Below, piece after piece: positions 42,669 to 51,370 of a stretch of 54,769 nucleotides of DNA. The stretch is from a virus. Its lineage: Duplodnaviria > Caudoviricetes. The first letter of the stretch is position 1. The number at the start of each line of letters is the position of its first letter. Under the pieces are notes generated by a model, which was given only the letters and a program-made list of their open reading frames with translations, had not been told where the DNA came from and made no database searches. The DNA lies in the IMG/VR virus record IMGVR_UViG_3300048672_000251, positions 1-54,769 of that record. The stretch is one strand, 5' to 3'. Both the position numbers and the translations under genes were made by a program.

Positions 42669-42943
42669 GACTATCCAAAACCACGCAGACTATCTTAGCC
42701 CAGTCACGCAGCTTATCGAATCGCCAAGTTGCTGATAAGCTCGGCGTTGATATCGACACTGTGCGATTTGCCCGTATCAGACACGGCATCCCGCACGGCG
42801 GCTTAAAGCGTAACCGGGGTATAGCAGAATTAGTTGCTGCACAATACGGCCGGTCCGATGCGCAGCTTGTGGCTGATGAAATCGGCTGCTCTAAAGGATA
42901 CGTCCAGCGCGTTTGGCGGGAGATACGGAATGCTGAACGCTGA
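42665..42943 (+). CDS. Tandem-HTH DNA-binding protein
   Basis: SNRQVADKLGVDIDTVR and AQLVADEIGCSKGYVQR. Confidence 0.75.
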   Translation: MRLSKTTQTILAQSRSLSNRQVADKLGVDIDTVRFARIRHGIPHGGLKRNRGIAELVAAQYGRSDAQLVADEIGCSKGYVQRVWREIRNAER

Positions 42944-43247
42944 TACCGTGGCGCTCATTTACAGTCTGATTGAACAGGGCTTACCGTGTCGTGACATCGC
43001 TGCACGCATCGGTATCAGCCCTGAGCGCGTCAGGTATTACGGCGTCAAAGTCGGGGCCGATATGAACCGGCTCGGACGTTACAAGCAAATACCGCTGTCC
43101 GACGCGCAAAAAACTAAAATACTGCAGATGCTATCCGAAGGCGTACCGCACCGCAAAATAGCGAAAACCGTCAAGTGCGGTGCGGCGTCGGTATCACGGT
43201 TAAAAAACCAGCTCAGGAACAACGTTAGCCACACCCAACGCCCCTGA
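42930..43247 (+). CDS. Tandem-HTH DNA-binding protein
   Basis: CRDIAARIGISPERVR and HRKIAKTVKCGAASVSR. Confidence 0.75.
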   Translation: MLNADTVALIYSLIEQGLPCRDIAARIGISPERVRYYGVKVGADMNRLGRYKQIPLSDAQKTKILQMLSEGVPHRKIAKTVKCGAASVSRLKNQLRNNVSHTQRP

Positions 43248-44897
43248 GTGCTCCACGCCGTATTCCAGCGCCTGCACGCGGCGTTGACGCGGCGCAAAAC
43301 AGATTTTAAGCGCGTCAAACTTGTTCGGAGATTTGGCGCCGTTTGGTTTCTTATCGATGGTTATTTTCGGCGTGCTGCTGTACGTTGGCTGTGATAGCTC
43401 TTGGATGAGCTCATAGTCATCGGCCGGTATGCTGATCATCATGTCAGGGTCTTGCCGCTCGCCAAGTACCACCGCTTTGTACGTCCGCTGAAAACGCAGC
43501 CGGAGATTCCACGCTGTCTGTGCGTTGGCGTTGGCAAAGTAGTCTCTGTTGCACATGCGATCAGGCTCGCCAGGCTGCGTACCGGCAATGTCATCCGCGT
43601 TAGGATTCACCACGGCGCCTGACGGCGACCACGGGATAGCCTCAAACCGGTCATACATGCGTGCAGCAACTTTAGGCGCCGTACCGACACCTGTAACCTC
43701 GTACTGGTACACCTTAACGCCCCACAGTGTGGCAGTCAGCATCAGGTGCGGTATAGCGTGGTCGACCTCGCGGCCGTCCTTCTCTGTGTAACGCACGATA
43801 GAGCCTTGAGCGATGACCAGCGCGTTAACGTCCCCGCCGCTGTCTGCAACGTCTTGGCCGGCTGTCCACATGCCGGACGGCTCCCAGTAGTCTAACCGCT
43901 CATGTGCGTTGATTGCAGCCTGTACCCATGCGGACGGTATCAGCACACCTTCCACCGCAGAGTTATAATCGCGGTCAACTTCCTGTGCGAATTTGTGCAG
44001 CAGACCTTCATCCTCTGCACGCTGGCGGCGGGCGTCGTACCATGCTTGGTCTTTCGCAGGGTGGTCGCGCCAATCCATGATAAATACCCGCGTCTTGCCG
44101 GGCGTCATGCGCTTGCCGGGTTCCCACACTTCGCCAGCCATCCTACGGCGATGGAACACGTTACCGGGACCGTTAACGGACGATATATCGATACGCACGT
44201 TGGTGTTATCAGCCAGTGCAGCCTCGATAAGCTCTGGGCGCTCGTAGTGAGCGCTTTCGTCAGTCACGTACATCATCTTCCGACCGCCACGACCGATATT
44301 GTCGCCAGCCTCACCGGATATAATCGCACCGGTAGCCGGGTTCAGTATCTTCATGCTCGGCATGTGCGTTTGGGGCTTAAAGCCTTTCGGCCAGAATAAA
44401 TCCCGCGGCAGCATGTCGATCATCATGCGAACTTTTTCTAACAGTGAATCAGGGTCGCCGATGCGGTCCACTAAAATTTCCTTGCGGCTACCCACGCCGA
44501 TAGCCATGCCGGGCATGAATAGCCACGCCCACACAGCAAAGCCGAGCGTTACGTAACTGGCACCCATGTCACGGCACTTTTCAACCAGGCCGCCCGCTTC
44601 GTCCTGCACGCATTCATGCAGAAACTGAACGTAGTCTATCTGCCTTGGGAACATACACATAGGCATTGTCGTTGGGAGGCCACGGGATGCGTTACGCGGG
44701 TCGTAAGTGGTGATCCAATCCAGAATGAAATCGACCGGCGAGTGCCGGTAGTGGGTCAGTGCTGATGCGCGTGCTTTAGGGTCTTTACGCAGAATACCGT
44801 ACAACTTGGCGCGGCGTGCGTATTCCTTGCCGTAGTCTGGCCGGTAGTCGTGCGTCCAGACTCGGGGGTCGTTAAGATATCGGTCTGACCAGCGCAT
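43200..44897 (-). CDS. terL: Terminase large subunit
   Basis: Walker A variant VEKCRDMGAS, GRGGR, Walker B YVTDESAH, ISSVNG, nuclease GQDVADSGGD, KSPNKFDA. Confidence 0.95.
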   Translation of the reverse strand: MRWSDRYLNDPRVWTHDYRPDYGKEYARRAKLYGILRKDPKARASALTHYRHSPVDFILDWITTYDPRNASRGLPTTMPMCMFPRQIDYVQFLHECVQDEAGGLVEKCRDMGASYVTLGFAVWAWLFMPGMAIGVGSRKEILVDRIGDPDSLLEKVRMMIDMLPRDLFWPKGFKPQTHMPSMKILNPATGAIISGEAGDNIGRGGRKMMYVTDESAHYERPELIEAALADNTNVRIDISSVNGPGNVFHRRRMAGEVWEPGKRMTPGKTRVFIMDWRDHPAKDQAWYDARRQRAEDEGLLHKFAQEVDRDYNSAVEGVLIPSAWVQAAINAHERLDYWEPSGMWTAGQDVADSGGDVNALVIAQGSIVRYTEKDGREVDHAIPHLMLTATLWGVKVYQYEVTGVGTAPKVAARMYDRFEAIPWSPSGAVVNPNADDIAGTQPGEPDRMCNRDYFANANAQTAWNLRLRFQRTYKAVVLGERQDPDMMISIPADDYELIQELSQPTYSSTPKITIDKKPNGAKSPNKFDALKICFAPRQRRVQALEYGVEHSGALGVANVVPELVF

Positions 44898-45102
44898 ACC
44901 ACTCCGCTCTGTCAAATTCTAACGGCACCGCACAGCCCATAGTCGCTGGTGGCGCTGGTACGTAGCGTGAGCCGTCCCAAACGCTGTTACCGCATACCAG
45001 CAGCGACCCGGCGCGATGCGTGGGCTGCGCGGCTGATAGCGGCGGCCAGCTCTCAATGCGGCTGAGGATATGCTGCTGGTGCTCCAGGCTGGCGGGTGTC
45101 AT
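44872..45102 (-). CDS. Hypothetical protein
   Basis: Between the terS-proximal genes and terL; preceded by a coupled 39-aa ORF at 45099-45218. Confidence 0.5.
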   Translation of the reverse strand: MTPASLEHQQHILSRIESWPPLSAAQPTHRAGSLLVCGNSVWDGSRYVPAPPATMGCAVPLEFDRAEWYALVRPIS

Positions 45103-45214
45103 TGCTCGTCCACCCGAATAGCGCAACGTGGTATCCACAGCTGGTAGCCCAGCGCGTGCTGTACGAACCAAACGGGGCGGAGAAGTTTAATCCACCACGC
45201 GACGTGGACTGTGG

Positions 45215-45469
45215 TCATACGAATGCCGCCACACGCTCGTTAAGCACGGCGAGGTATTCAACCATGATTAATTTCTGGCGCTGTAAACGGCCTTGCTCGG
45301 CGGTATCCACGGATTCAAAACGGTCAGAATCAATGAAAGTTTTAAGCGCTGCAAGTCGCGTTGAAAGCTCGTCGCTCTCTGCGACTACTCGTTGCTGGTG
45401 GGGTCGTAAACGCGGACCGCTGTGTCCGACGGGCGTAAGATTTACCGAGTGTTTAGATGGTTCTAACAT
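45215..45469 (-). CDS. crAss001_48-related / Sequestin-like helical protein (candidate anti-Thoeris sponge)
   Basis: HQQRV..E.DEL..RL.AL..FI....F......EQ.RL..Q...M..Y..VL.ERVAAF signature. Confidence 0.7.
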   Translation of the reverse strand: MLEPSKHSVNLTPVGHSGPRLRPHQQRVVAESDELSTRLAALKTFIDSDRFESVDTAEQGRLQRQKLIMVEYLAVLNERVAAFV

Positions 45470-45655
45470 ATCGCTGCTCCGCGTTTTGTGTGGTTAGTAA
45501 TACACGCCTTCGCCGTCAACGACGGCTGGTTAGACGTCGTTGACCTCAGGGTCTAAACCCCAGTCTTGCTCGTTACGCACGTCCACACTCCTGCTCCGGG
45601 TTAGTGACACACCGACGGCTGGCGGAGCGTCCAGACGCGTCGGGGTCAATACAGA

Positions 45656-46321
45656 TTAACGCCGTCCGGCAGCGTCGTCAAGCCCTCGCATCAACGCGGT
45701 GTACTCTGCGGCGGCCTTGAGCGGGTCGGATGCGTCTAACTCGACCGACGCGCTGACCACACCGCCCGATAGCTCGACGCGTTCGGTCAGCTCGCCGCCC
45801 ATCTTGGCAAGCAGTTCTACGGCCTTCTGGCGCGTTTTCTCGTCGACCAGTTCGCGCAGCTCAAGTACGAATCCTTCGCCGTCTGGAGCTGGTTTGAAGC
45901 GCGTGACGTGGGCTTTCAGCTCTGAGGGCCACTCGTGGGGGTTTTCCGCCCAAGGCATCGTTGCGGTCGTGCCGTCGTCCAACGTGTACGTGCGGTGCTC
46001 GATGTGATCGCCCAGCGCTTGCTCGGCGGTAGTGGCCTGGCGCTGCAGCATGGAAATCAGGGTAGCCCGGTTAACGCCTACACGCTTCAGGGCGTTACGG
46101 TTCATCGTGTCGATGTAATGCCTGACGCGGTTGTTGTAATTGAGCATCTTGCTGGCGGTCGTAATGAGCGATTTGTATTCTTGGTTCGGGTAGGCAATCT
46201 GAGCACACTGCCACGCCTTCAAACCGGTTTCATGAGCGTTAAGCCATGCGTTTGCAAAAACAAGTTCACGCTGGTCGAGGTCTGCAGCTGCCTGACGCTG
46301 CTCTACGGTCAGGTCGGTCAT
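45656..46321 (-). CDS. terS: Terminase small subunit
   Basis: N-terminal HTH (FANAWL...AQIAY...ASKML...VRHYI) and KAVELLAKMGG..TERVELSG; AGGAG RBS. Confidence 0.85.
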   Translation of the reverse strand: MTDLTVEQRQAAADLDQRELVFANAWLNAHETGLKAWQCAQIAYPNQEYKSLITTASKMLNYNNRVRHYIDTMNRNALKRVGVNRATLISMLQRQATTAEQALGDHIEHRTYTLDDGTTATMPWAENPHEWPSELKAHVTRFKPAPDGEGFVLELRELVDEKTRQKAVELLAKMGGELTERVELSGGVVSASVELDASDPLKAAAEYTALMRGLDDAAGRR

Positions 46322-46448
46322 CGTTAAGCTCCTAGTGGTTTCGTTAGCGCCAGTGTAGCGCAACTTCCAGCGGATATCCACAACTCGCTGGTTGTAACGC
46401 AGTTGTAAACGGCGAGCGGTTTCAGGTCGAATTTAGGTCTTATAGATA

Positions 46449-46683
46449 TTGCACATTTTCCTTATATCTTTTTTATATCCCTTTTTATCCTTCTTTTCTT
46501 ACTCTTTTTCTATCTATTTACTTTATTCTTAAAAAGTATAATAAAGTATAATAATAATAAGAAACAAGGAGTTACCGACCGATTTTGAATTTCGAAAGTG
46601 CAAGGAGGTGAAACAAAGTATAAGAGGGTCTGTTCCCAATAATAGAACAAGTCGTATAGATTATTGCACTTTGGGCTGTTGCA
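46449..46683. other. AT-rich, strand-asymmetric element flanked by TTGCA/TGCAA repeats (copy 2; ori-like)
   Basis: Homologous to 34358-34563; downstream of the primase-helicase operon. Confidence 0.6.
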
Positions 46684-46695
46684 CGAATGTTAAAG

Positions 46696-46892
46696 ATGTT
46701 GCTGGTAGCGCTTGGGATTAACATTTGACTGGTCGGACGTTGCTACGGTGTTGCTGATAAGAGCTGGGAGTAACAGACGGATAACATATGTTGCTGGTAG
46801 CGCTTGGGATTAACAATTGACTGGGGCGGCTGGTAGCGCGTGTTATGAGTATGTTACTGGGAGAGATGGGATTAACAGTCGGGTAACATATG
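46696..46892. repeat. Four 26-27-bp TGTT...GGGA(T/G)TAACA units within an imperfect 92-103-bp duplication
   Basis: Units at 46697, 46749, 46789 and 46852; 46696-46732 and 46788-46824 differ by one base. Confidence 0.88.
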
Positions 46893-46907
46893 GGCGGTAT
46901 TTCAGGC

Positions 46908-46933
46908 AATAAAAAGCCCGCTCAGCGGCGGGC
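46908..46933 (-). terminator. Intrinsic terminator ending the primase arm
   Basis: GCCCGC/GCGGGC stem followed by TTTTTATT. Confidence 0.85.
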
Positions 46934-46971
46934 ATTGTGGCTATAAATGACGGCTGGTCCGATTACATGGA

Positions 46972-47247
46972 TTAACCAGGTTGGTCGAATGTTTCAACAG
47001 GCGGTAACCCTTTTTGCTTTCTTTGCGCATTACGCCGCTCTAAACCTATTTGCTCACAATGAGCACAACGGTCAACCAACGGGATTTTCTTGTATTCGGA
47101 AGGCTTTAATATCGGGCTGCTCATGTTGATATATGTATCACGATTGTTCTTTTTACACTGACCATCACCCAAAGATTTTGATGCACATATCGCGTATACC
47201 TGGTCTCCGTTTACACCCTTGTTTGCAGCTAAGTGTACTTTTGACAT
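46972..47247 (-). CDS. Hypothetical Cys/His-containing protein
   Basis: Own promoter upstream; H..C..CAHC. Confidence 0.65.
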   Translation of the reverse strand: MSKVHLAANKGVNGDQVYAICASKSLGDGQCKKNNRDTYINMSSPILKPSEYKKIPLVDRCAHCEQIGLERRNAQRKQKGLPPVETFDQPG

Positions 47248-47282
47248 TTTATCACCGGGGTCCATTTTGTTTCGATGACCTA

Positions 47283-47320
47283 AATATAAACGCATATGTG
47301 TGGTGCTGTCAACTATTATT
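47283..47320 (-). promoter_or_regulatory. Sigma70 promoter
   Basis: AATAATAG-TTGACA-18-TATATT. Confidence 0.6.
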
Positions 47321-47660
47321 TGTATGGCTCATAAACCATCAGCCCGTGTAGTTTAGCTTTACGCACCATATCAGCCGTACCGCGACCACCCGGAAACGCA
47401 ACGCAGTATTGCGGTCCAGCTAGCAGCATCTGACCGTTGCGTATAGCACCAGCGGCCTTACCGTAACTCTCCCAATCTGCCGGGTACGCCTCATGTGGAA
47501 TTCCACGGCTAATAGCCCAGTCACGACACAGGCTGTCAGAGCCTCGGGCATCACCATGTATTATGCAGCTGATGGGATAACGGGCGTGTAATGCGTCGAG
47601 GGCGGTATAGGCCGCCACCCTGTCGTTATAGTCACGCCCGCCGGTTACTAACGTCCGCAT
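47316..47660 (-). CDS. SLOG-family (DUF2493 / YspA-like) protein
   Basis: LVTGGRDY, IIHGDARGSD, PADW..YGKAAG.IRN.QML, AFPGGRGTADMV. Confidence 0.9.
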   Translation of the reverse strand: MRTLVTGGRDYNDRVAAYTALDALHARYPISCIIHGDARGSDSLCRDWAISRGIPHEAYPADWESYGKAAGAIRNGQMLLAGPQYCVAFPGGRGTADMVRKAKLHGLMVYEPYK

Positions 47661-47848
47661 AACCGCTGCCTCCGCTCCCAGTCCTCCTGGCACTCACCGC
47701 CGGGGCAGAAGCGACCAGCGTCTATTGGTTCGTCACAGTTAAAACACCGCCCCGTCACAGGTGGTAGCGCCGAGCGTCTTGCCGCTTCTATACGCTGCTG
47801 CAGGATGCGGTCCTCTATTTCGGTGGTGTCGTCTATAAAATCGGTCAT
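47648..47848 (-). CDS. DksA/TraR-like C4 zinc-finger protein
   Basis: DFIDD N-terminal helix, CFNC...C....C. Confidence 0.75.
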   Translation of the reverse strand: MTDFIDDTTEIEDRILQQRIEAARRSALPPVTGRCFNCDEPIDAGRFCPGGECQEDWERRQRLCGR

Positions 47849-50220
47849 GCGCGTATGCTCGCTACGTTATTCATCAAATCCACTGCCTTAAGCGACAGTC
47901 CCTCAAAGCCGTTTACTGTTCGGCCGTTAATACTGACCGGTTTTTTAACCACACCCTTGGCCCGCAATGTGGATTTCAGTTCACGGGTAAACCGGTTATG
48001 GCCACCCGCTTTCTGTCCGTTCTGCGTGCACCATAAAACGTAACGGTTGTACAGGTCCGCGGTGCTGACGGTGTGCATCGGTGCTATATCGCACTCCTGG
48101 CGGATGAACGTCAGTAACGGTGCTTGCTGCTCCAGCATGTCGTCACGTTCTTCACGGCAGATGGCCGGCTCAGTGAATCGACCAGTGGCCCGCAGCCGCT
48201 GCAGTCCTTCAATCGCCCAATTACAGATACCCGGCATTTCAGTCAGCAACCGGTTTAGCAGCGTCGGGTCTTCGTTACCCAGTGCGGACTTGTTGAACGG
48301 TAGTAACAGCAGCCGGTTACCAAAAGCACCTGAGTCATCATAAAACGTCGGGATGCTGTTAGCTGCGATAGTAATGCGCCCCGGCAGCTGACCGCTGAAT
48401 GACTGCTTGTAAAGCCGACCAATGGTCAGTGAGTCGTTACCCGTGATCGACATCAGGCGGTCGAGGATGCGGTTTTTATCCGGCCCCGAAACACTGTGGG
48501 CATCACCGATAAAGAGGACAGTTTTCGTCAGCGCTGCCTCCATCGTTTTATTATCTGCAAACCCGTCAAGCGTCATACCCATGTAGTTAGAGCTGCCGAC
48601 CAGTGAATTCAAGATCCGGCCGATGGTGCCCTTACCTGAGCGCGGCGCACCGACCAGTAACATCGCTTTATGGTGGCTATAGTCGTTCACCAGCTGATAG
48701 CCCAACCACTCCTGCAGCAGCGCAATGCGCTGTACGTCACCTTCAAAGATATCCACAAGGAATGACTGCCACTGTGGCGCGGTTGCGTGTGGGTCGTAAC
48801 TGTACGGCAGAATGCCGGTAGTGAAAAACTGCGGGTTATGCGGTTCGAGCTGCCCAGTGTGGACATCAAGTATACCGTTTTGGCACGCCACCAAATGCGA
48901 CGTGTCGCGGCCAATCCACTGACCGGGCTTTAAGTGCGGTGCGGTGCGGTGTTTCTGTAGGATGCGGAAAGCGCTGGAGATTGTCGCGTCTTTAGGCTCA
49001 GCCGCCCACATAGCGATAGTCATCTCGTGGATCAGCGTCTGGTTGTCCACAAGCTCCCACACTTGACCGTTAAACCGATAGCCCTGTTCAGCCACAAAGA
49101 CGAGTGTGTTATCTGGATACCAACACTGAATAAACGTAGCGGCGTTTTGAGTGTCTTTACCGTCACCATACACGCCCTGGCCAGACACGATAGACGCGTA
49201 ACGCGGTTTGACAGCCACTGATGGCGGCGGTGCGACTACTGATGCTTGGGTCAGCGCTTCAGGCACTGCCGGTCGCTGATGGACACTGCGGCAGCGTGCA
49301 ACAGCGCCAGCAATGGTGTCAGTCACGTATTGCGGGCGGTCGGCCCACTTATCGCGCATGAGAGCGGACTGGCGGAATAGCCGGTCGATACGCCCGCAGT
49401 CCTTACCCGTCCAGAATGCAAGGTGCTGGCAGAGTGCTGCATCCGCTGCGCTGTGGTCAAATGTGTCTGGCGTTGCGTCATGCGGGTAGCTAACTGTCAG
49501 TGCTTCGGCGTTAGCTGTCCACAGGTCGTCAAATGTCGCCTTGCCGGTGAACGTCGCGGCCACAGACTTAGAGCGGCGTGCGGCTTGGATCAGCTCTGCA
49601 TCATCGGTATACCCTGACCACTCTGGAACAGGGCCGCCAGCCCAGTCAACAGTGGCGCCGGTTTCTTTCGGCCGCATATAACTGGTAACAATGCGGTTAA
49701 TCTCCGCACTGTGGTCAAAACTGGCGTCGCCGTACCCGTTAGAGCCAGTTAAAGCAGCCCAACGCCCCCATTCGTATACGTCAAAGCCGATGTCGGACTT
49801 AACCTTGTACCCATCAGGGCGCTTGCCGATACCGATAATGTGGAGACCAGTACCAGATACTGATGCTTCGATAAAACAACCTTGCAGCCGCTGGCAAAGT
49901 TCGACGGCGAGCGGCGACCATCCTGACGACTCATGGTAGCAATTATCCACATCCACAAAGAAAAACGGATCTTCCGCTGTAAACACAAACCCAACGCCCA
50001 GATCGTGCTCCGTGGCGTAAATTAACGCAGTATGGTAGTCACTCCACGTGGTTGAATCTGTGGACGATGCCGCATAACCGCCGTTAGGGCTTAGTAATTC
50101 TTTTTTCCAGCGGTCGCCCGGATTAACAGGGGGCACTGGTCGCCACACTACCCACTGCGGGTAAAGCGTGAGAATAGAAAGGCCGCCAGCGGCGGCCTGT
50201 TGTAAGGCGGATAGGTTCAT
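47845..50220 (-). CDS. NrS-1-like primase-polymerase fused to a D5/P4-type SF3 helicase
   Basis: QWVVW, TTWSDY, VDVD, EASVSGTGLH, D.SAAD.AL...LAFWT...RLFRQSAL.RDKW, Walker A GAPRSGKGT, C-terminal winged-helix-like region. Confidence 0.92.
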   Translation of the reverse strand: MNLSALQQAAAGGLSILTLYPQWVVWRPVPPVNPGDRWKKELLSPNGGYAASSTDSTTWSDYHTALIYATEHDLGVGFVFTAEDPFFFVDVDNCYHESSGWSPLAVELCQRLQGCFIEASVSGTGLHIIGIGKRPDGYKVKSDIGFDVYEWGRWAALTGSNGYGDASFDHSAEINRIVTSYMRPKETGATVDWAGGPVPEWSGYTDDAELIQAARRSKSVAATFTGKATFDDLWTANAEALTVSYPHDATPDTFDHSAADAALCQHLAFWTGKDCGRIDRLFRQSALMRDKWADRPQYVTDTIAGAVARCRSVHQRPAVPEALTQASVVAPPPSVAVKPRYASIVSGQGVYGDGKDTQNAATFIQCWYPDNTLVFVAEQGYRFNGQVWELVDNQTLIHEMTIAMWAAEPKDATISSAFRILQKHRTAPHLKPGQWIGRDTSHLVACQNGILDVHTGQLEPHNPQFFTTGILPYSYDPHATAPQWQSFLVDIFEGDVQRIALLQEWLGYQLVNDYSHHKAMLLVGAPRSGKGTIGRILNSLVGSSNYMGMTLDGFADNKTMEAALTKTVLFIGDAHSVSGPDKNRILDRLMSITGNDSLTIGRLYKQSFSGQLPGRITIAANSIPTFYDDSGAFGNRLLLLPFNKSALGNEDPTLLNRLLTEMPGICNWAIEGLQRLRATGRFTEPAICREERDDMLEQQAPLLTFIRQECDIAPMHTVSTADLYNRYVLWCTQNGQKAGGHNRFTRELKSTLRAKGVVKKPVSINGRTVNGFEGLSLKAVDLMNNVASIRA

Positions 50221-50543
50221 TCTCTGGCGGCTCCAATGGCGGCGGCTGCACGCACGATAGCGCGACGGGTGGCGGCGTAGGGGTCATCACCGTGCGGTTC
50301 TGAGACGTGGTTGTTATCTCTAGAATAAACATCCACGCGGTCCCGAGAGTAGCATGCGGGTGAAAGCTCAAGATGCAACTTCACAGCCAACCGCAGTGCG
50401 TCGCCGTCGTCATATAGTGGGTTCCAGCGAGAATACCCTGTATGCCCAGCTGGTATATACTCGATAGCTCCAGAACATTCATTCCACTCGTAAGCTAAGC
50501 CAGCAGCCTTTGCCGACAGCTCTAATAATTCGCGGTCGGTCAT
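50217..50543 (-). CDS. Conserved phage protein (NinX-related fold likely)
   Basis: MTDRELLEL.AKAAG, WNPL.DDGDALRLAVKL, ATRRAIVRAAA.IG. Confidence 0.8.
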   Translation of the reverse strand: MTDRELLELSAKAAGLAYEWNECSGAIEYIPAGHTGYSRWNPLYDDGDALRLAVKLHLELSPACYSRDRVDVYSRDNNHVSEPHGDDPYAATRRAIVRAAAAIGAARE

Positions 50544-50674
50544 ACAGCAGACCCCGCCGCTTTAGGCTTCGTTACGATAACTCGAAGCGTCGGACCAACT
50601 AAATCCGGAATTTGTGGTAATGGCGTGACTACTTTGTGGCCGCGCTCGGCTAGGTACTTGATAAACGCCGTCAT
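50540..50674 (-). CDS. Small hypothetical protein
   Basis: GGAG RBS before ATG 50674. Confidence 0.55.
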   Translation of the reverse strand: MTAFIKYLAERGHKVVTPLPQIPDLVGPTLRVIVTKPKAAGSAV

Positions 50675-50689
50675 AATATTTGCTCCGAG

Positions 50690-50746
50690 AAAATAAAAAC
50701 GCATAACAGTTTTAACGCCGTTATGCGCCGTTGTCAATTGTTATTT
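50690..50746 (-). terminator. Terminator hairpin overlapping a TTGACA promoter
   Basis: CGCATAAC-N12-GTTATGCG followed by TTTTTATTTT; TTGACA-17-TAAAAC is embedded. Confidence 0.65.
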
Positions 50747-50889
50747 AATTTCTTTTCAGCATTGACGAGTTTAACGGTGCGGATCCCCCGGCCAGACTTC
50801 AGGCAGCGCTTAACGTACCTTTCCGTCATGCCCAGCACCACCGCCACACGTTCAGCGCCGTGCTGCTCTACCAGTGTTTTTAAGTCCAT
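50734..50889 (-). CDS. Small Cro-like HTH protein (51 aa; not in the ORF track)
   Basis: GGAGG RBS; HGAERVAVVLGMTERYVKRCLKSG. Confidence 0.7.
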   Translation of the reverse strand: MDLKTLVEQHGAERVAVVLGMTERYVKRCLKSGRGIRTVKLVNAEKKLNNN

Positions 50890-50939
50890 AGTGTTACCTC
50901 CGGTAGTGAGTGTAACCGACGGGCGGATTGCTGGCTATT

Positions 50940-50975
50940 AATAATAGTTGACAGGTGAAATAAATCTGGTAAGGT
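50940..50975 (+). promoter_or_regulatory. Sigma70 promoter
   Basis: AATAATAG-TTGACA-16-TAAGGT with TG extension. Confidence 0.6.
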
Positions 50976-51021
50976 TTGAGAGTGGCCTAGCGCGGTGCTT
51001 GGCTTAATCGGAGCTTGATGT

Positions 51022-51243
51022 ATGAAAAATCCAAAAGTAGGCCAAACAGTTGTAGTTCACGACCGGTATCGTTTTGCTATTCCCCTTAAAGCCATTGTGG
51101 TCAAATTGTCGGATATTAATGACGGTGTGCAGTTGCAAATGCTTGAATCTAACAACCATAGATACCCTGTGGGTTGCGATGATGTGTGGGTGTCCAAACA
51201 CCAGCTCACAAAGGTTAAATTGAATGAACCTAACACTCGATGA
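51022..51243 (+). CDS. Small SH3-like hypothetical protein
   Basis: GGAG RBS; PKVGQTVVV...VWV...L.KV. Confidence 0.7.
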   Translation: MKNPKVGQTVVVHDRYRFAIPLKAIVVKLSDINDGVQLQMLESNNHRYPVGCDDVWVSKHQLTKVKLNEPNTR

Positions 51244-51370
51244 AATGATCCGCCTCGGTATGGTGCCACCCGACATACTGCATGCCATCGAAAAAGAGCG
51301 TGACGAGTGGCGGGAATACTGCCGCGCTCTTGAGCAGGGATTAGCCGGTCACACCCCACCGACGCAATAA
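51224..51370 (+). CDS. Small hypothetical protein (48 aa; not in the ORF track)
   Basis: AAGG RBS; MNLTLDEMIRLG... Confidence 0.5.
   Translation: MNLTLDEMIRLGMVPPDILHAIEKERDEWREYCRALEQGLAGHTPPTQ

Noticed and set aside
45215-45469. Acb2/Tad1-type sponge
   Set aside because: It lacks the Acb2 features I recall (GYR.L near the N-terminus, RA.A.P near the C-terminus) and fits the crAss001_48-like pattern better.
46696-46892. CRISPR array
   Set aside because: Units are degenerate, and the spacers are uneven (13-36 nt) and partly repeated rather than unique.
50734-51370. CI/Cro lysogeny switch
   Set aside because: The divergent gene is not a CI-like repressor (no HTH or S24 domain), and no integrase or partition genes were found.
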